Shown: positions 63,822 through 64,000 of the stretch, in pieces
How the letters are laid out: the number at the start of each line of letters is the position of its first letter
How positions within the stretch are numbered: the first letter of the stretch is position 1
Virus record (IMG/VR): IMGVR_UViG_3300038425_000174
DNA from: a virus
DNA length: 64,000 bases
Reading direction: 5' to 3' (one strand)
Notes under the pieces: model-generated
Seen by the model: only the letters and a program-made list of their open reading frames with translations
What the model was told of the DNA's origin: nothing
The model's database searches: none
Program-made: the position numbers and the translations under genes

Positions 63822-64000
63822 CCCGCTGGCGAAGAGTCCGGGCGCGGCTTCGCCTCGCGCTGCGAATCTGGGATCTGGAGGCAGGATGAGACATCCGCAA
63901 CAGTACGATGACAGACATCCATTCGCCGCTCACACATCCAAGGGCGTTCGTTGGCTGGGTGATCCCGCTCGTGGCGAGTTCACGCCGCGGGACAGGCGCA

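Noticed and set aside
1-64000. Prophage boundaries, canonical tRNA/rRNA genes, IS elements
   Set aside because: No host housekeeping context, complete cloverleaf, rRNA or transposase recognised.

Overview
The whole window looks like part of a high-GC temperate phage genome with a contractile tail (myovirus morphotype). No host genes are evident, and phage genes lie on both sides of the integrase, so this is probably the non-integrated form. Leaderless TAnnnT promoters, signal-peptide style and BldC/Xis-like proteins point to an actinobacterial host (inference). Layout: 1-16.4 kb virion module (+): Asp-box protein, connector, sheath, tube, tail chaperone with a -1 frameshift, short tape measure, hub with lytic domains, spike fused to a YadA-like fibre, wedge, J, I and fibre. 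16.4-17.0 kb collagen-like moron (-). 17.2-21.5 kb unusual lysis region (mini VIT1/CCC1 protein, lipoprotein GH25 endolysin, holin-like protein, papain-like protease, HNHs). 21.7-28.0 kb rightward operon (metallophosphoesterase, Endo VII, HslV-like protease). 27.9-29.3 kb large serine integrase (-). 29.8-44.9 kb mostly leftward accessory genes (secreted proteins, Fic, XRE repressor, HigA-like, M10-like and S1 proteases). 45.2-48.1 kb MmeI-like R-M enzyme. 48.3-61.9 kb leftward early module (ParB-like, three XRE paralogs, two Xis/BldC-like paralogs, SSB, ERF, exonuclease, LAGLIDADG fusion, nucleotide-pool enzyme, resolvase, Prim-Pol). From 62.2 kb rightward, including recA. The most promising undescribed biology is a multi-layer regulatory system: (i) a triplicated XRE cassette with divergent recognition helices but a conserved C-terminus; (ii) several promoter-delimited structured RNAs, including about 200 nt upstream of the integrase and an anti-Shine-Dalgarno sRNA; (iii) an 87-nt two-hairpin leader duplicated in front of two unrelated secreted-protein genes; (iv) a phage-specific promoter motif. 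All functional calls come from motif recognition by eye; no searches or folding programs were run.
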